Source: a candidate division FCPU426 bacterium
GTDB lineage: Bacteria; Oederibacteriota; PGYV01; Palsa-1178
Length of the DNA: 58,721 bases
Assembly: GCA_003159495.1 (NCBI GenBank)
Contig: PLPI01000063.1
Span: 1-58,721, forward strand
Reading direction: 5' to 3'
This document shows positions 43,141 to 52,136 of this stretch, piece by piece. Under the pieces are notes generated by a model. It searched no databases. It was not told the origin of the DNA and saw only the letters and a program-made list of their open reading frames with translations. A program made the translations under genes and the position numbers. Positions within the stretch are counted from its first letter, which is position 1, and every line of letters begins with the position of its first letter.

Positions 43141-45189
43141 ATGGAAAATACCAACACGTTAAAACCTGATTCTCAGGCGCTCCTGGATGAGTTGAATAAA
43201 TCGTCTCTGGATGGCAAAAGAGGTCTTATTAAACTTTTTATAGGCTATGCCCCGGGCGTGGGCAAGACCTATTCAATGCTCGAACAGGCGCGTGCCCTTA
43301 AAAGTAGGGGTGTAGATGTAGTGGTGGGCGTGGTGGAGACACACCGGCGGAAAGAAACAGAGGCGATGATGGCAGGGCTTGAAGTAATTCCTCTGGCCGA
43401 AATAAATTATAAGAACGTGCTCTTAAAGGAACTTGATATGCAGGCTATCATCAAACGCGCGCCAAAGGTAGTTCTTGTCGACGAACTGGCCCACACAAAT
43501 GCGCCGGGATCAACGCACTTAAAACGGTATCAGGATGTGCTGGAACTATCCAAAAATAATATAGACGTTTATACCACGGTCAACATACAGCATTTTGAGA
43601 GCGTCAATGACATTGTTGCCGGAATTACCGGTGTGAAGGTACAGGAAACGGTGCCTGATATTATGCTGGATCATGCCGACGAGATAGAAGTAAAGGACAT
43701 TCCGATTGAAGAATTGCACCAGCGGTTGAAGGAAGGAAAAGTTTATATTCCGGAACAGGCAAAGATCGCGGTGGATAAATTTTTTAAGCGGTCAAATCTG
43801 CTTGCCCTGCGTGAAATAACATTAAGAAGGGTCGCGACAAAGCTGGATTCCGAGCTTGTTAATTACATGAAAGCAAAAGCAATAATAGGGCCCTGGCCGG
43901 TATCCGAACGCCTTCTGGTATGCGTGGCGCCTTCACCTTACGCAAAACAACTAATAAGAAAGGCTTACCATCTCGCCAGCGAGATAAAGGCAGAATGGTA
44001 TGCGGTATATGTCGAATCCATCTCCCAGCTTCAAATGGACGACAATGACAGGGCTAAGCTCGCATCAACACTTGAATTCGCCGAGGAACTGGGAGCAAAG
44101 GTAAGGACCCTTTCCGGTAATGACGTGGCAGAAGAACTGCTCCGATTTTCTTCGCAGGAAAAAATAACAAGAATAATGATTGGAAAACCATCCGCCGGAC
44201 TTGGCTTTGGTATATTCAATCCGTCGCCCGTAAAGAAACTGATCAATTCAAGCGGGGAAATAGATCTTTACCTCATAGAACCCAATGCTGAGAACCGGGA
44301 AAAAGAAGGTGATAAAAAACGCAGAAGAATATTGCCGCGTTTTAATTTTATGGATTATATGTACAGTTTTCTCCTGCTGCTGCCAGTAGTCGGGCTCGGA
44401 GCGCTGCTGCATTCAATTTTCAGAATAGAAAACTTTTCCGTTATTTTCATAATTTCAGTCGTTGCAAGCGCTTATCTTTTTGGAACGTACCCATCAATAT
44501 TCGTATCGGTAATGAGCATCCTGTTCTACGACTTCTTTTTTGTGCCGCCATATTTCAACTTAACGATAGTCAAGCCGGAATATGCAGTCGAGGTTATAAT
44601 GTTTTTTATAACATCAATAGTAGTAGGCGAGATAACACGCCTCTTCCGCAGGCAGAAGGAAGCGCTCAGGATGAGGTTGGAAAATATAAGAATACTTGAA
44701 CAGATGGGCAGGGAATTGCTCGGCGTCCCTACAATAGAGCAGGTAATGGAATCTACGGCTGAAAATAAAAATCCGGAACTCATGGAAACGATACAGCTCA
44801 TCAATATTGACATAATGGAGCAGGTGGCCGGTATAATATCGGGATATATGTTAAAGGTTTTAAAAGTTCCAAATATGATAATTTTTAAGGACAGGGATAA
44901 AAAAATAAAGGTTTGGGCGCGTTCCGACAACACGTCGACTATATCCAAAAATGATATGGGCGTGGCAAATTGGGTTTATGAAAAGGGCGATATTGCCGGC
45001 AAGGGAACAATGACCCTGGTTTCGTCGGAATTTGTATTTTTACCAATGGCCACAAGGAACGGAACGGTAGGCGTTATCGCTCTGAAGACGGATTACGCGC
45101 AGGTTCTGCCGCAGGATAAATATTTTATAACGGCAATCGCGGATTTTGCCGCCATTTCTGCGGAAAAATGCGCTAAACTTATGGTGTAG
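43141..45189 (+). CDS. Transmitter-less KdpD sensor protein (KdpD N-terminal domain, Usp, DUF4118-like TM module, GAF-like C terminus)
   Basis: FIGYAPGVGKTYSML, VDELAHTN and NIQHFES (KdpD-N). A Usp-like segment (ERLLVCVAPSP...). TM module with YDFFFVPPYFNL. The protein ends after a GAF-like domain, with no H-box and no ATPase boxes. Confidence 0.85.
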   Translation: MENTNTLKPDSQALLDELNKSSLDGKRGLIKLFIGYAPGVGKTYSMLEQARALKSRGVDVVVGVVETHRRKETEAMMAGLEVIPLAEINYKNVLLKELDMQAIIKRAPKVVLVDELAHTNAPGSTHLKRYQDVLELSKNNIDVYTTVNIQHFESVNDIVAGITGVKVQETVPDIMLDHADEIEVKDIPIEELHQRLKEGKVYIPEQAKIAVDKFFKRSNLLALREITLRRVATKLDSELVNYMKAKAIIGPWPVSERLLVCVAPSPYAKQLIRKAYHLASEIKAEWYAVYVESISQLQMDDNDRAKLASTLEFAEELGAKVRTLSGNDVAEELLRFSSQEKITRIMIGKPSAGLGFGIFNPSPVKKLINSSGEIDLYLIEPNAENREKEGDKKRRRILPRFNFMDYMYSFLLLLPVVGLGALLHSIFRIENFSVIFIISVVASAYLFGTYPSIFVSVMSILFYDFFFVPPYFNLTIVKPEYAVEVIMFFITSIVVGEITRLFRRQKEALRMRLENIRILEQMGRELLGVPTIEQVMESTAENKNPELMETIQLINIDIMEQVAGIISGYMLKVLKVPNMIIFKDRDKKIKVWARSDNTSTISKNDMGVANWVYEKGDIAGKGTMTLVSSEFVFLPMATRNGTVGVIALKTDYAQVLPQDKYFITAIADFAAISAEKCAKLMV

Positions 45190-45313
45190 TTCCGTAAAAA
45201 ATCAGATAATAAAAAAATGGCCGGGTAAAATCGGCCCATATATATTTGTATATATAAAAGAAACAGCGCAAACAAATAACCGCTTTATTTTACTGCCTAT
45301 TTTTATTTTTCCC

Positions 45314-45341
45314 TTGATTTCCCGCGGTTTAAATGTATAAT
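45314..45341 (+). promoter_or_regulatory. Candidate promoter for the KimA-like transporter gene
   Basis: TTGATT (45314-45319), 16-nt spacer, TATAAT (45336-45341, preceded by TG). It would give a leader of about 190 nt. Confidence 0.35.
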
Positions 45342-45537
45342 TATCCCATTATTTTGAAGCATACGGCCGGTATGTATAAACGGCTTTTGCATAAGGAAAA
45401 TATATAGACGCACCAAAGATAAGTTCCGCGGGCAGTTTTTGCCGCGGACTTTAGACGGTTTTGAACCCTACCCCAAAACAGTATAAATCCCTTTAAATTC
45501 ACGATTCGGGCTACGTGCATATAAAACAGGAGACAAA

Positions 45538-47535
45538 ATGGAAGAGAAAAAGAATATTTTTCAGCAGACCAAAGAGGTTCTTCTAGGCACGGCCAGAAGC
45601 GTCCGTGATCCGAATATTTTTCACAAAGTGTCGCTAATAGCCCTTATGGCATGGATCGGACTGGGCGCGGACGGCATGACATCTTCATGTTACGGCCCTG
45701 AAGAGTCATTTTTGACGCTTGGATCGCACTTCACCCTGGGCATATTCGTGGCGCTTGCGTCCATGCTTACAATTATTATAATAAGCGCCAGTTATTCCCA
45801 GCTTATTGAATTATTTCCGGCGGGTGGCGGCGGGTACCTGGTGGCAAGCAAATTATTATCGCCGGCCGCCGGCGTTGTGTCGGGTTCGGCCCTGATAATA
45901 GACTACGTTCTTACTATAAGCCTCTCCATAGCGTCGGGAGCTGACGCTCTTTTCTCATTTCTGCCGGTCAGCATGCAGGCATATAAATTCTGGGTCGCAA
46001 TCTTCGGTGTGGTAATTCTAATGTTAATGAATATGAGGGGCGTCAAGGAATCTATTGCGGCAATTTCACCCATATTCGCGGTATTTGTAATAACACACAT
46101 AGTGATAATAGTTTATGCCTTTATAATGAATTCCGGCAACGCGCATTCCGTTGTTGTCCAGACGGTGACCGATATAAAAAGCACGGGGGCAGCTCTTGGG
46201 ACCCTGGGAATGATCGTGCTCGTCCTGAAAGCTTATTCAATGGGTGCAGGCACATTTACCGGCATTGAAGCCGTGTCAAACGGGCTGAATATTTTTGCCG
46301 AGCCGCGTATAAAGAACGCAAAAAAAACAATGTTATATATGGCGGCATCGCTTTCTTTCCTTGTGGTTGGTATAACCATAGCATATGTCCTTTTTAAGGT
46401 AACTCCGCAGAACGGCAAGACCCTTAACGCCGTCCTTTTTGAAAACGTTGCAAAAGGATGGGGAAAATTCGGAACAATATTTGTCCAGGTCACGCTTATA
46501 TCCGAAGCTGCATTGCTTTTTGTGGCGGCCCAGGCCGGATTTATCGACGGGCCAAGGGTCATTGCCAATATGGCAAAGGACCGCTGGATGCCTTCCAGGT
46601 TTGCACTGCTGTCCGACAGGCTTGTCGCAAAAAACGGGATTATTATAATGAGCCTTGCCGCAATATTAACCCTTTTTATCTCAAAAGGCTCCGTCGCTTT
46701 TCTTGTGGTGCTTTATTCGATAAATGTTTTTATAACTTTTACGCTTTCCCAGCTGGGCATGGTCATTCACTGGTGGCAGGCACGTAAAAATGGAGAAAAA
46801 TGGAAAAGAAAGATCATAGTTAATGCGGTCGGTTTTGTGATGACGGCATTTATTCTTATTGTGGTTATGGCCGTCAAACTTAAAGAAGGCGGATGGATAA
46901 CCATTGTCATAACTTCAGGCCTTGTATTCTTTTGCTTTTATATAAAACGCCATTATGACGAGACGGGAAAACAGTTGCTAAAACTTGATTCTCTTGTTGA
47001 GGCGGCGGCAACGTATTCTCCGGATGTCATAGATGACGAATATAAACCTAAAAAACCCGTGCCGGCATATAACTCCGGGGCGAAAACAGCAGTCGTATTC
47101 GTCAACGGTTTTAACGGCCTCGGCATGCACACTGCAATGTCCATAATAAGACTGTTCGGCAATTCTTTTAAAAATTTTGTTTTTGTGCAGATAGGAATAA
47201 TAGACACAGGGAACTTTAAGGGCAAGGAAGAGGTCGATAAGCTTCAGAAGTATATTGACGAAGAGGTTGGGGCTTATGTGGATTTTTTTCGTGAAAATGG
47301 ATATTACGCCGAGGGTATCACTGCAATAGGAACAGAAGCGGTACAAGAGGCAAACAGGCTTGTGCCGAAGATAAGGGACAAGTTTTCCGATCCAATATTT
47401 TTCGGCGGCCAGCTGGTCTTTAAGGAAGACACATTCATGAACAATCTACTGCATAACTATATAGTGTTCCAGCTCCAGCAGTCATTTTACCACCAGGGGA
47501 TAACGTTTGTAATACTTCCGATAAGGGTATATTAA
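45538..47535 (+). CDS. KimA-like APC-superfamily K+ (K+/H+) transporter with a cytoplasmic C-terminal domain
   Basis: By recall it aligns with B. subtilis KimA blocks: LIIDYVLTISLSIASGADAL (KimA LLVDYILTVAVSISAGTDAI), LVLKAYSMGAGTFTGIEAVSNG, AAQAGFIDGPRVIANMAKDRWMP and LYSINVFITFTLSQLGM. About 12 TM helices plus a soluble tail of about 200 aa. Confidence 0.7.
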   Translation: MEEKKNIFQQTKEVLLGTARSVRDPNIFHKVSLIALMAWIGLGADGMTSSCYGPEESFLTLGSHFTLGIFVALASMLTIIIISASYSQLIELFPAGGGGYLVASKLLSPAAGVVSGSALIIDYVLTISLSIASGADALFSFLPVSMQAYKFWVAIFGVVILMLMNMRGVKESIAAISPIFAVFVITHIVIIVYAFIMNSGNAHSVVVQTVTDIKSTGAALGTLGMIVLVLKAYSMGAGTFTGIEAVSNGLNIFAEPRIKNAKKTMLYMAASLSFLVVGITIAYVLFKVTPQNGKTLNAVLFENVAKGWGKFGTIFVQVTLISEAALLFVAAQAGFIDGPRVIANMAKDRWMPSRFALLSDRLVAKNGIIIMSLAAILTLFISKGSVAFLVVLYSINVFITFTLSQLGMVIHWWQARKNGEKWKRKIIVNAVGFVMTAFILIVVMAVKLKEGGWITIVITSGLVFFCFYIKRHYDETGKQLLKLDSLVEAAATYSPDVIDDEYKPKKPVPAYNSGAKTAVVFVNGFNGLGMHTAMSIIRLFGNSFKNFVFVQIGIIDTGNFKGKEEVDKLQKYIDEEVGAYVDFFRENGYYAEGITAIGTEAVQEANRLVPKIRDKFSDPIFFGGQLVFKEDTFMNNLLHNYIVFQLQQSFYHQGITFVILPIRVY

Positions 47536-47542
47536 AAAATTA

Positions 47543-47655
47543 AAAATTTAAAATTTGAAACCAATAATTGAAACGAAAGCAATACGGCTTCGCATGCCTT
47601 TCTTTCCTGATTTTATACCTTTTAATTGTAATTTTTGGTTTTGAATTCTAAATTT
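47543..47655. repeat. Long imperfect AT-rich inverted repeat downstream of the transporter gene
   Basis: Left arm about 47543-47568 and right arm about 47630-47655, with about 22 of 26 positions complementary by hand alignment. They flank a spacer of about 60 nt. Confidence 0.5.
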
Positions 47656-47807
47656 GCAATTGTATTAGAGGCAAATAAAAGGTATAATATAAATCCCTGT
47701 GAAATTTTGCGGCAGGGATATTGGACTAACGGTTAAATCATTGTTTTTTAGCCGTATTTTCCCCAAGGCACACCAAAACTTGGGGCCATGAATTTAGGAG
47801 TATAAAG

Positions 47808-48890
47808 ATGAACAAGTTTGCTGATTCGGCCAGGAAAAGCGTAATGCACATCACGCCCTATATTCCGGGCAAACCTATCGAGGAAGTCCAGCGCGAGTAC
47901 GGCGTCAGGGATGTGGTGAAACTCGCCTCAAATGAAAACCCGCTGGGGCCGTCGCGGCTTGCCGTGAAAGCCATCTCAAAAAAGCTGGGCGCGCTCAACC
48001 TGTACCCGGAAAGCGGGGCGTTTTACTTGAGGCGCGCCCTGGCAAAGCATCTCAAAATAAAGGAAAACACCCTTATATTCGGCAACGGCTCCAACGAGCT
48101 GCTGCACCTTATAGCCGAGGCCTTTGTTTCGCCGGGCGATGAGGTCATGTTTTCCGCGCTGTCATTCGTGGTTTATCCGATTGCAACGGACCTTGCCGGG
48201 GGAACCGCAATCCAGATACCCCATAAAAATTTCAGCCATGATATCGACGGTTTTATAAAAAGGCTCAGCCCCGGGACAAAACTTATCTATATATGCAACC
48301 CCAATAATCCAACCGGGACATTTATTTCAAAAGAGGAATTTGAAAAGCTCATGTCCGCGGTATCTCCGAAGACAATTGTGGCCCTTGACGAGGCTTATTT
48401 TGAATATGTCCAGGATAAAAACTTTCCTGACGGGATTAAATACCTTTCAAAATACCCGAACCTGATAGTGCTGCGGACATTTTCCAAAGTGTACGGCCTG
48501 GCCGGGGCGAGGATCGGCTACGCCGCCGCGGACCCGGACATCATAGAAATTATTGAAAGGATCCGGGCGCCTTTTAACGCAAGCACGCCGGCACAGGCCG
48601 GAGCGGAAGCGGCTTTAAAGGACGGCGCCCATATCAAAAAAACGCTGAAGACCAACAGCGAGGGTAAAAGCTATCTTTATTCAGAATTAAAAAAACTCGG
48701 CATCGAGTTCGTCCCCACGCAGGGCAACTTTATATTCGTAAAATTCATGTCAAACTGCAAAGTGGTCTTCGAGGAACTGCTGAAAAAAGGGGTTATAATA
48801 AGGCCCCAGTTCGACAATTACGCCAGGATTACCATTGGCGCCATGGCGGAAAACAGGAAACTTATAAAGGCGCTCAAAACGGTCAAATAA
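47808..48890 (+). CDS. HisC-family (class II) aminotransferase, second paralogue; probably an aromatic/histidinol-phosphate aminotransferase
   Basis: LASNENPLGPS, CNPNNPTGT and RTFSKVYGLAGARIGY (PLP Lys). It heads a cluster of aromatic amino acid genes. Confidence 0.85.
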   Translation: MNKFADSARKSVMHITPYIPGKPIEEVQREYGVRDVVKLASNENPLGPSRLAVKAISKKLGALNLYPESGAFYLRRALAKHLKIKENTLIFGNGSNELLHLIAEAFVSPGDEVMFSALSFVVYPIATDLAGGTAIQIPHKNFSHDIDGFIKRLSPGTKLIYICNPNNPTGTFISKEEFEKLMSAVSPKTIVALDEAYFEYVQDKNFPDGIKYLSKYPNLIVLRTFSKVYGLAGARIGYAAADPDIIEIIERIRAPFNASTPAQAGAEAALKDGAHIKKTLKTNSEGKSYLYSELKKLGIEFVPTQGNFIFVKFMSNCKVVFEELLKKGVIIRPQFDNYARITIGAMAENRKLIKALKTVK

Positions 48891-48933
48891 TAAAACGGCC
48901 CGTATTAGGGCCAAAAACATGGCGGAGGGTCAG

Positions 48934-49947
48934 ATGATAATTGTTATGAAACCAAAGGCTTCAAAAAAACAGGTGGAACATATAACCCTGAAGATCAGGG
49001 AATTCAAGCTTACACCGCATATTTCAAAGGGCAAGGAAACCACGATAATCGGGGTCATCGGCGATGAGCGTGTGCTTCAGGGCGTCCCTTTTGAGGGGTT
49101 TGCCGGCGTGGATAAGGTTATGCAGATACTGAAGCCCTACAAGCTTGCAAGCCGCGACTTTAAAAAGGAAAATTCCGTAATTAAATGCGGCAATGTTGAA
49201 ATAGGCGGAAATAAAATAGTAATGGTGGCCGGGCCGTGTTCCGTGGAGAACAGAAAACAGATACTTGCCACGGCAAAGGCCATAAAGGAAGCCGGCGCGC
49301 ACATACTGCGCGGAGGGGCCTTTAAGCCCAGGACGTCGCCTTACGCGTTTCAGGGGCTCGGCGAAGAAGGGCTGAAACTTCTGGCAGAGGCCAGGGAAAT
49401 GTACGGAATGCCGATTGTTACCGAGGTGCTTGATACAAGGCATGTAGCGCTTGTTAATAAATACGCCGATATGTTCCAGATAGGGGCGAGGAACATGCAG
49501 AATTTTGAGCTGTTAAAGGAAGTTGGAAAAACCCAGAAACCCGTCCTGTTAAAAAGGGGGATGATGTGCACCGTGGCGGAATGGCTCATGTCGGCCGAAT
49601 ACATCCTGGCCAACGGCAATATGAACGTCATACTCTGCGAGCGCGGCATAAGGACTTTTGAAACGGCCACAAGGAACACGCTGGATCTTTCGGCGGTGCC
49701 GCTGGTCAAAAGCCTGACGCACCTGCCGGTAGTTGTTGATCCGTCACACGGCACAGGAAAAAAACCGCTTATAATGCCCATGGCAATGGCCGCGGTCGCG
49801 GCCGGTTCCGACGGAATATTGATAGAAGTGCACCCGAAACCGGAAGAGGCTTTATCCGACGGGGACCAGTCGCTGGTGCCGGCCGAATACAGGGAGCTTG
49901 TGAAAGAATGCGGAAAAATAGCAAAGGCCATAGACCGTACAATCTGA
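48934..49947 (+). CDS. 3-deoxy-7-phosphoheptulonate (DAHP) synthase, type I-beta, with an N-terminal ferredoxin-like regulatory domain
   Basis: The N terminus MIIVMKPKASKKQVEHI...HISKGKETTIIGVIGD closely resembles the Thermotoga-type regulatory domain. The catalytic region has GPCSVE, LRGGAFKPRTSPY and VDPSH. The ATG at 48934 follows GGCGGAGGG. Confidence 0.9.
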   Translation: MIIVMKPKASKKQVEHITLKIREFKLTPHISKGKETTIIGVIGDERVLQGVPFEGFAGVDKVMQILKPYKLASRDFKKENSVIKCGNVEIGGNKIVMVAGPCSVENRKQILATAKAIKEAGAHILRGGAFKPRTSPYAFQGLGEEGLKLLAEAREMYGMPIVTEVLDTRHVALVNKYADMFQIGARNMQNFELLKEVGKTQKPVLLKRGMMCTVAEWLMSAEYILANGNMNVILCERGIRTFETATRNTLDLSAVPLVKSLTHLPVVVDPSHGTGKKPLIMPMAMAAVAAGSDGILIEVHPKPEEALSDGDQSLVPAEYRELVKECGKIAKAIDRTI

Positions 49948-49950
49948 CGG

Positions 49951-49966
49951 CGTAAAATATTTTACG
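49951..49966. promoter_or_regulatory. Perfect 16-bp palindrome in the 36-nt spacer before tyrA
   Basis: CGTAAAATATTTTACG read directly from the sequence. Confidence 0.4.
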
Positions 49967-49983
49967 GGAAACGGACGGTAAAG

Positions 49984-50853
49984 ATGAAAGCAAGGTTTAA
50001 CAAAGTCGCGATAGCCGGCATGGGATTGATGGGCGGGAGCCTGGGAAGGGCGCTTCTTGAAAGAAAACTTGCCCTTGAAGTCACAGGAGTCGGCAGGAAT
50101 ATTAAAAAATTGAAGCTTGCCATGAAAAAAAGGGCGGCAACAAGCGTTACCACTGATTATAAGGCCGGGTTTTCAGGAGCGGACATAATTGTTCTGAGCG
50201 TCCCGGTTGATATGATACCGGAAATTTTCAGGGATAATTACAGGTTCATGGATCCCTCGTGCGTGGTTACGGATATGGGCAGCGTAAAGGGAGCCATTGT
50301 GGGCGAAATAGAGAAAATTGAAAAAAGTTTCCCCGGGCGGCGCAATGTTTTTGTGGGGTCGCATCCGATGGTGGGCTCTGAAAAGACCGGGATTGCAAAC
50401 AGTTCCGCCGGAATGTATGAAGGCGGGACATGCATAATAACTCCGACCGTAAATACCGATAAAAAGAGGGTTGAAGTTATCCGTTCTGTGTGGAAAGCGC
50501 TCGGGATGAAAACCGTCGAAATGACGCCGGGGGAACACGATGAAAAAATATCCGGCGTCAGCCACCTGCCGCATATGCTGGCTTTCTTGCTTTCAAATAT
50601 GGAGGCCGGCGTGATAAAAAATAACAGGGAAATCATAGGGAACGGATTCAGGGATACCACCAGGATAGGCGCATCGAGCGAAGAGATATGGGGCGGAATA
50701 TTCATGGAAAACAAGAAGGCGCTTTCCACGGACATTGACAGGGCGATAAACGGACTTAATAAAATGAAAGCGCTGCTGGCAGGATCAGACATTAACAGTT
50801 TGAAAAGGTACATCAGGAACGCAAGAAAAACAAGGGAGTTGCTTAATAAATGA
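49984..50853 (+). CDS. tyrA: Prephenate/arogenate dehydrogenase
   Basis: NAD-binding VAIAGMGLMGGSLGRAL and catalytic GSHPMVGSEKTG. Confidence 0.85.
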   Translation: MKARFNKVAIAGMGLMGGSLGRALLERKLALEVTGVGRNIKKLKLAMKKRAATSVTTDYKAGFSGADIIVLSVPVDMIPEIFRDNYRFMDPSCVVTDMGSVKGAIVGEIEKIEKSFPGRRNVFVGSHPMVGSEKTGIANSSAGMYEGGTCIITPTVNTDKKRVEVIRSVWKALGMKTVEMTPGEHDEKISGVSHLPHMLAFLLSNMEAGVIKNNREIIGNGFRDTTRIGASSEEIWGGIFMENKKALSTDIDRAINGLNKMKALLAGSDINSLKRYIRNARKTRELLNK

Positions 50854-52133
50854 AAAAAATACATGTAGCGCCGCTGGCAAAGTGCCACGCCGGAGTTTTT
50901 GTACAGGGAGACAAGTCAATATCGCACAGGGCCGTGATAATCGGCTCCATTGCCAAGGGCGTGACGCGTGTGACCAACTTTCTTGAGGCGGCTGACACGC
51001 TCAATACCGTAAAGGTATATTCGGACCTCGGCGTAAAGATTGAAAAAAAGAAGGGTGAATATTTTATACACGGCAACGGGCTTTATTCCCTGAACCAGCC
51101 GTCACAGCCGCTTTATGTGGGAAATTCCGGGACCAATATCAGGCTTTCGCTGGGCGTGCTCGCGGCCCAGCATTTTACCTCGGTAATAACCGGGGATAAC
51201 CAGATAGTCAAGAGGCCCATGGCAAGGGTCATTGAACCTCTGACCCTTATGGGCGGCAGGTTCGAAAGCAGGGGAGGCAAGTCCCCGGTTACCGTGCACG
51301 GACAGACACTGAAAGGCATTACATACACGCTTCCCATGGCCAGCGCGCAGGTAAAATCGGCAATACTGCTCGCCGCTCTTCACGCGAACGGCGATACTGT
51401 TATAAAAGAACCGGTAAAATCGAGGGACCATACCGAGCGCATGCTAAAACATTTCGGAGCCCGCATTACGGTAAAGGACAGGGCCATAACGGTAAAACCG
51501 GGAAAAGAACTTGCGGCCAGGGATGTTTTTGTTCCGGGGGATATTTCATCGGCGGCTTATTTTATAATCGCCGGATTGATGGTGAAAAATTCCAGGATTT
51601 CCGTCAAAAGCATAGGATTAAATCCCACAAGGATGGGGCTCATTGAAGTCATGAAGAAAATGGGCGCAAGCATAGTGATCAGGAATTTAAAGGTCAAAAA
51701 CGGCGAGCCTGTCGGGGATGTTGTGGTGAAGACTTCAAAGCTTAAAGGCACCGTTATAAAAGGCGGCATGATACCGAAGCTTATAGATGAGATACCGGTC
51801 ATCGCGGTCGCCGCGGCTTTCGCGAAGGGAAAGACCGTCATTATGAACGCCGAAGAACTGCGTTACAAGGAAACGGACCGCATCGAAACAGTGGTAAAAA
51901 ACTTAAAGCTTATAGGCGTTGAGGCATTTTCCACAGCCGACGGCATGGTGATTGAGGGCGGCAACGGGAAACCCTTCAAATACGCTTCAATTGATTCGTT
52001 CGGGGACCACAGGATAGCAATGGCGTTTTCAGTGGCGGCGCTTTCCGGCGAGAACGGGATGCTCATAAAGGATATAGAGTGTGTCGACACCTCGTTCCCG
52101 AAATTTTATGAAATTATTTCATCGCTGAGGTGA
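50850..52133 (+). CDS. aroA: 3-phosphoshikimate 1-carboxyvinyltransferase (EPSP synthase)
   Basis: GDKSISHRA, GNSGTNIRL, KETDRI and GDHRIAMAF. Confidence 0.95.
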   Translation: MKKIHVAPLAKCHAGVFVQGDKSISHRAVIIGSIAKGVTRVTNFLEAADTLNTVKVYSDLGVKIEKKKGEYFIHGNGLYSLNQPSQPLYVGNSGTNIRLSLGVLAAQHFTSVITGDNQIVKRPMARVIEPLTLMGGRFESRGGKSPVTVHGQTLKGITYTLPMASAQVKSAILLAALHANGDTVIKEPVKSRDHTERMLKHFGARITVKDRAITVKPGKELAARDVFVPGDISSAAYFIIAGLMVKNSRISVKSIGLNPTRMGLIEVMKKMGASIVIRNLKVKNGEPVGDVVVKTSKLKGTVIKGGMIPKLIDEIPVIAVAAAFAKGKTVIMNAEELRYKETDRIETVVKNLKLIGVEAFSTADGMVIEGGNGKPFKYASIDSFGDHRIAMAFSVAALSGENGMLIKDIECVDTSFPKFYEIISSLR

Positions 52134-52136
52134 AGC

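Noticed and set aside
45342-45537. c-di-AMP (ydaO/kimA-type) riboswitch upstream of the KimA-like gene.
   Set aside because: I could not find the conserved segments I recall (GGGGA..CCCA, GGGGU.AAUC, ACCCGA..CAGCUAAC..CGUAAGC) on the coding strand. A GGGGTAGGG string occurs only on the opposite strand. This needs cmscan to be definitive.
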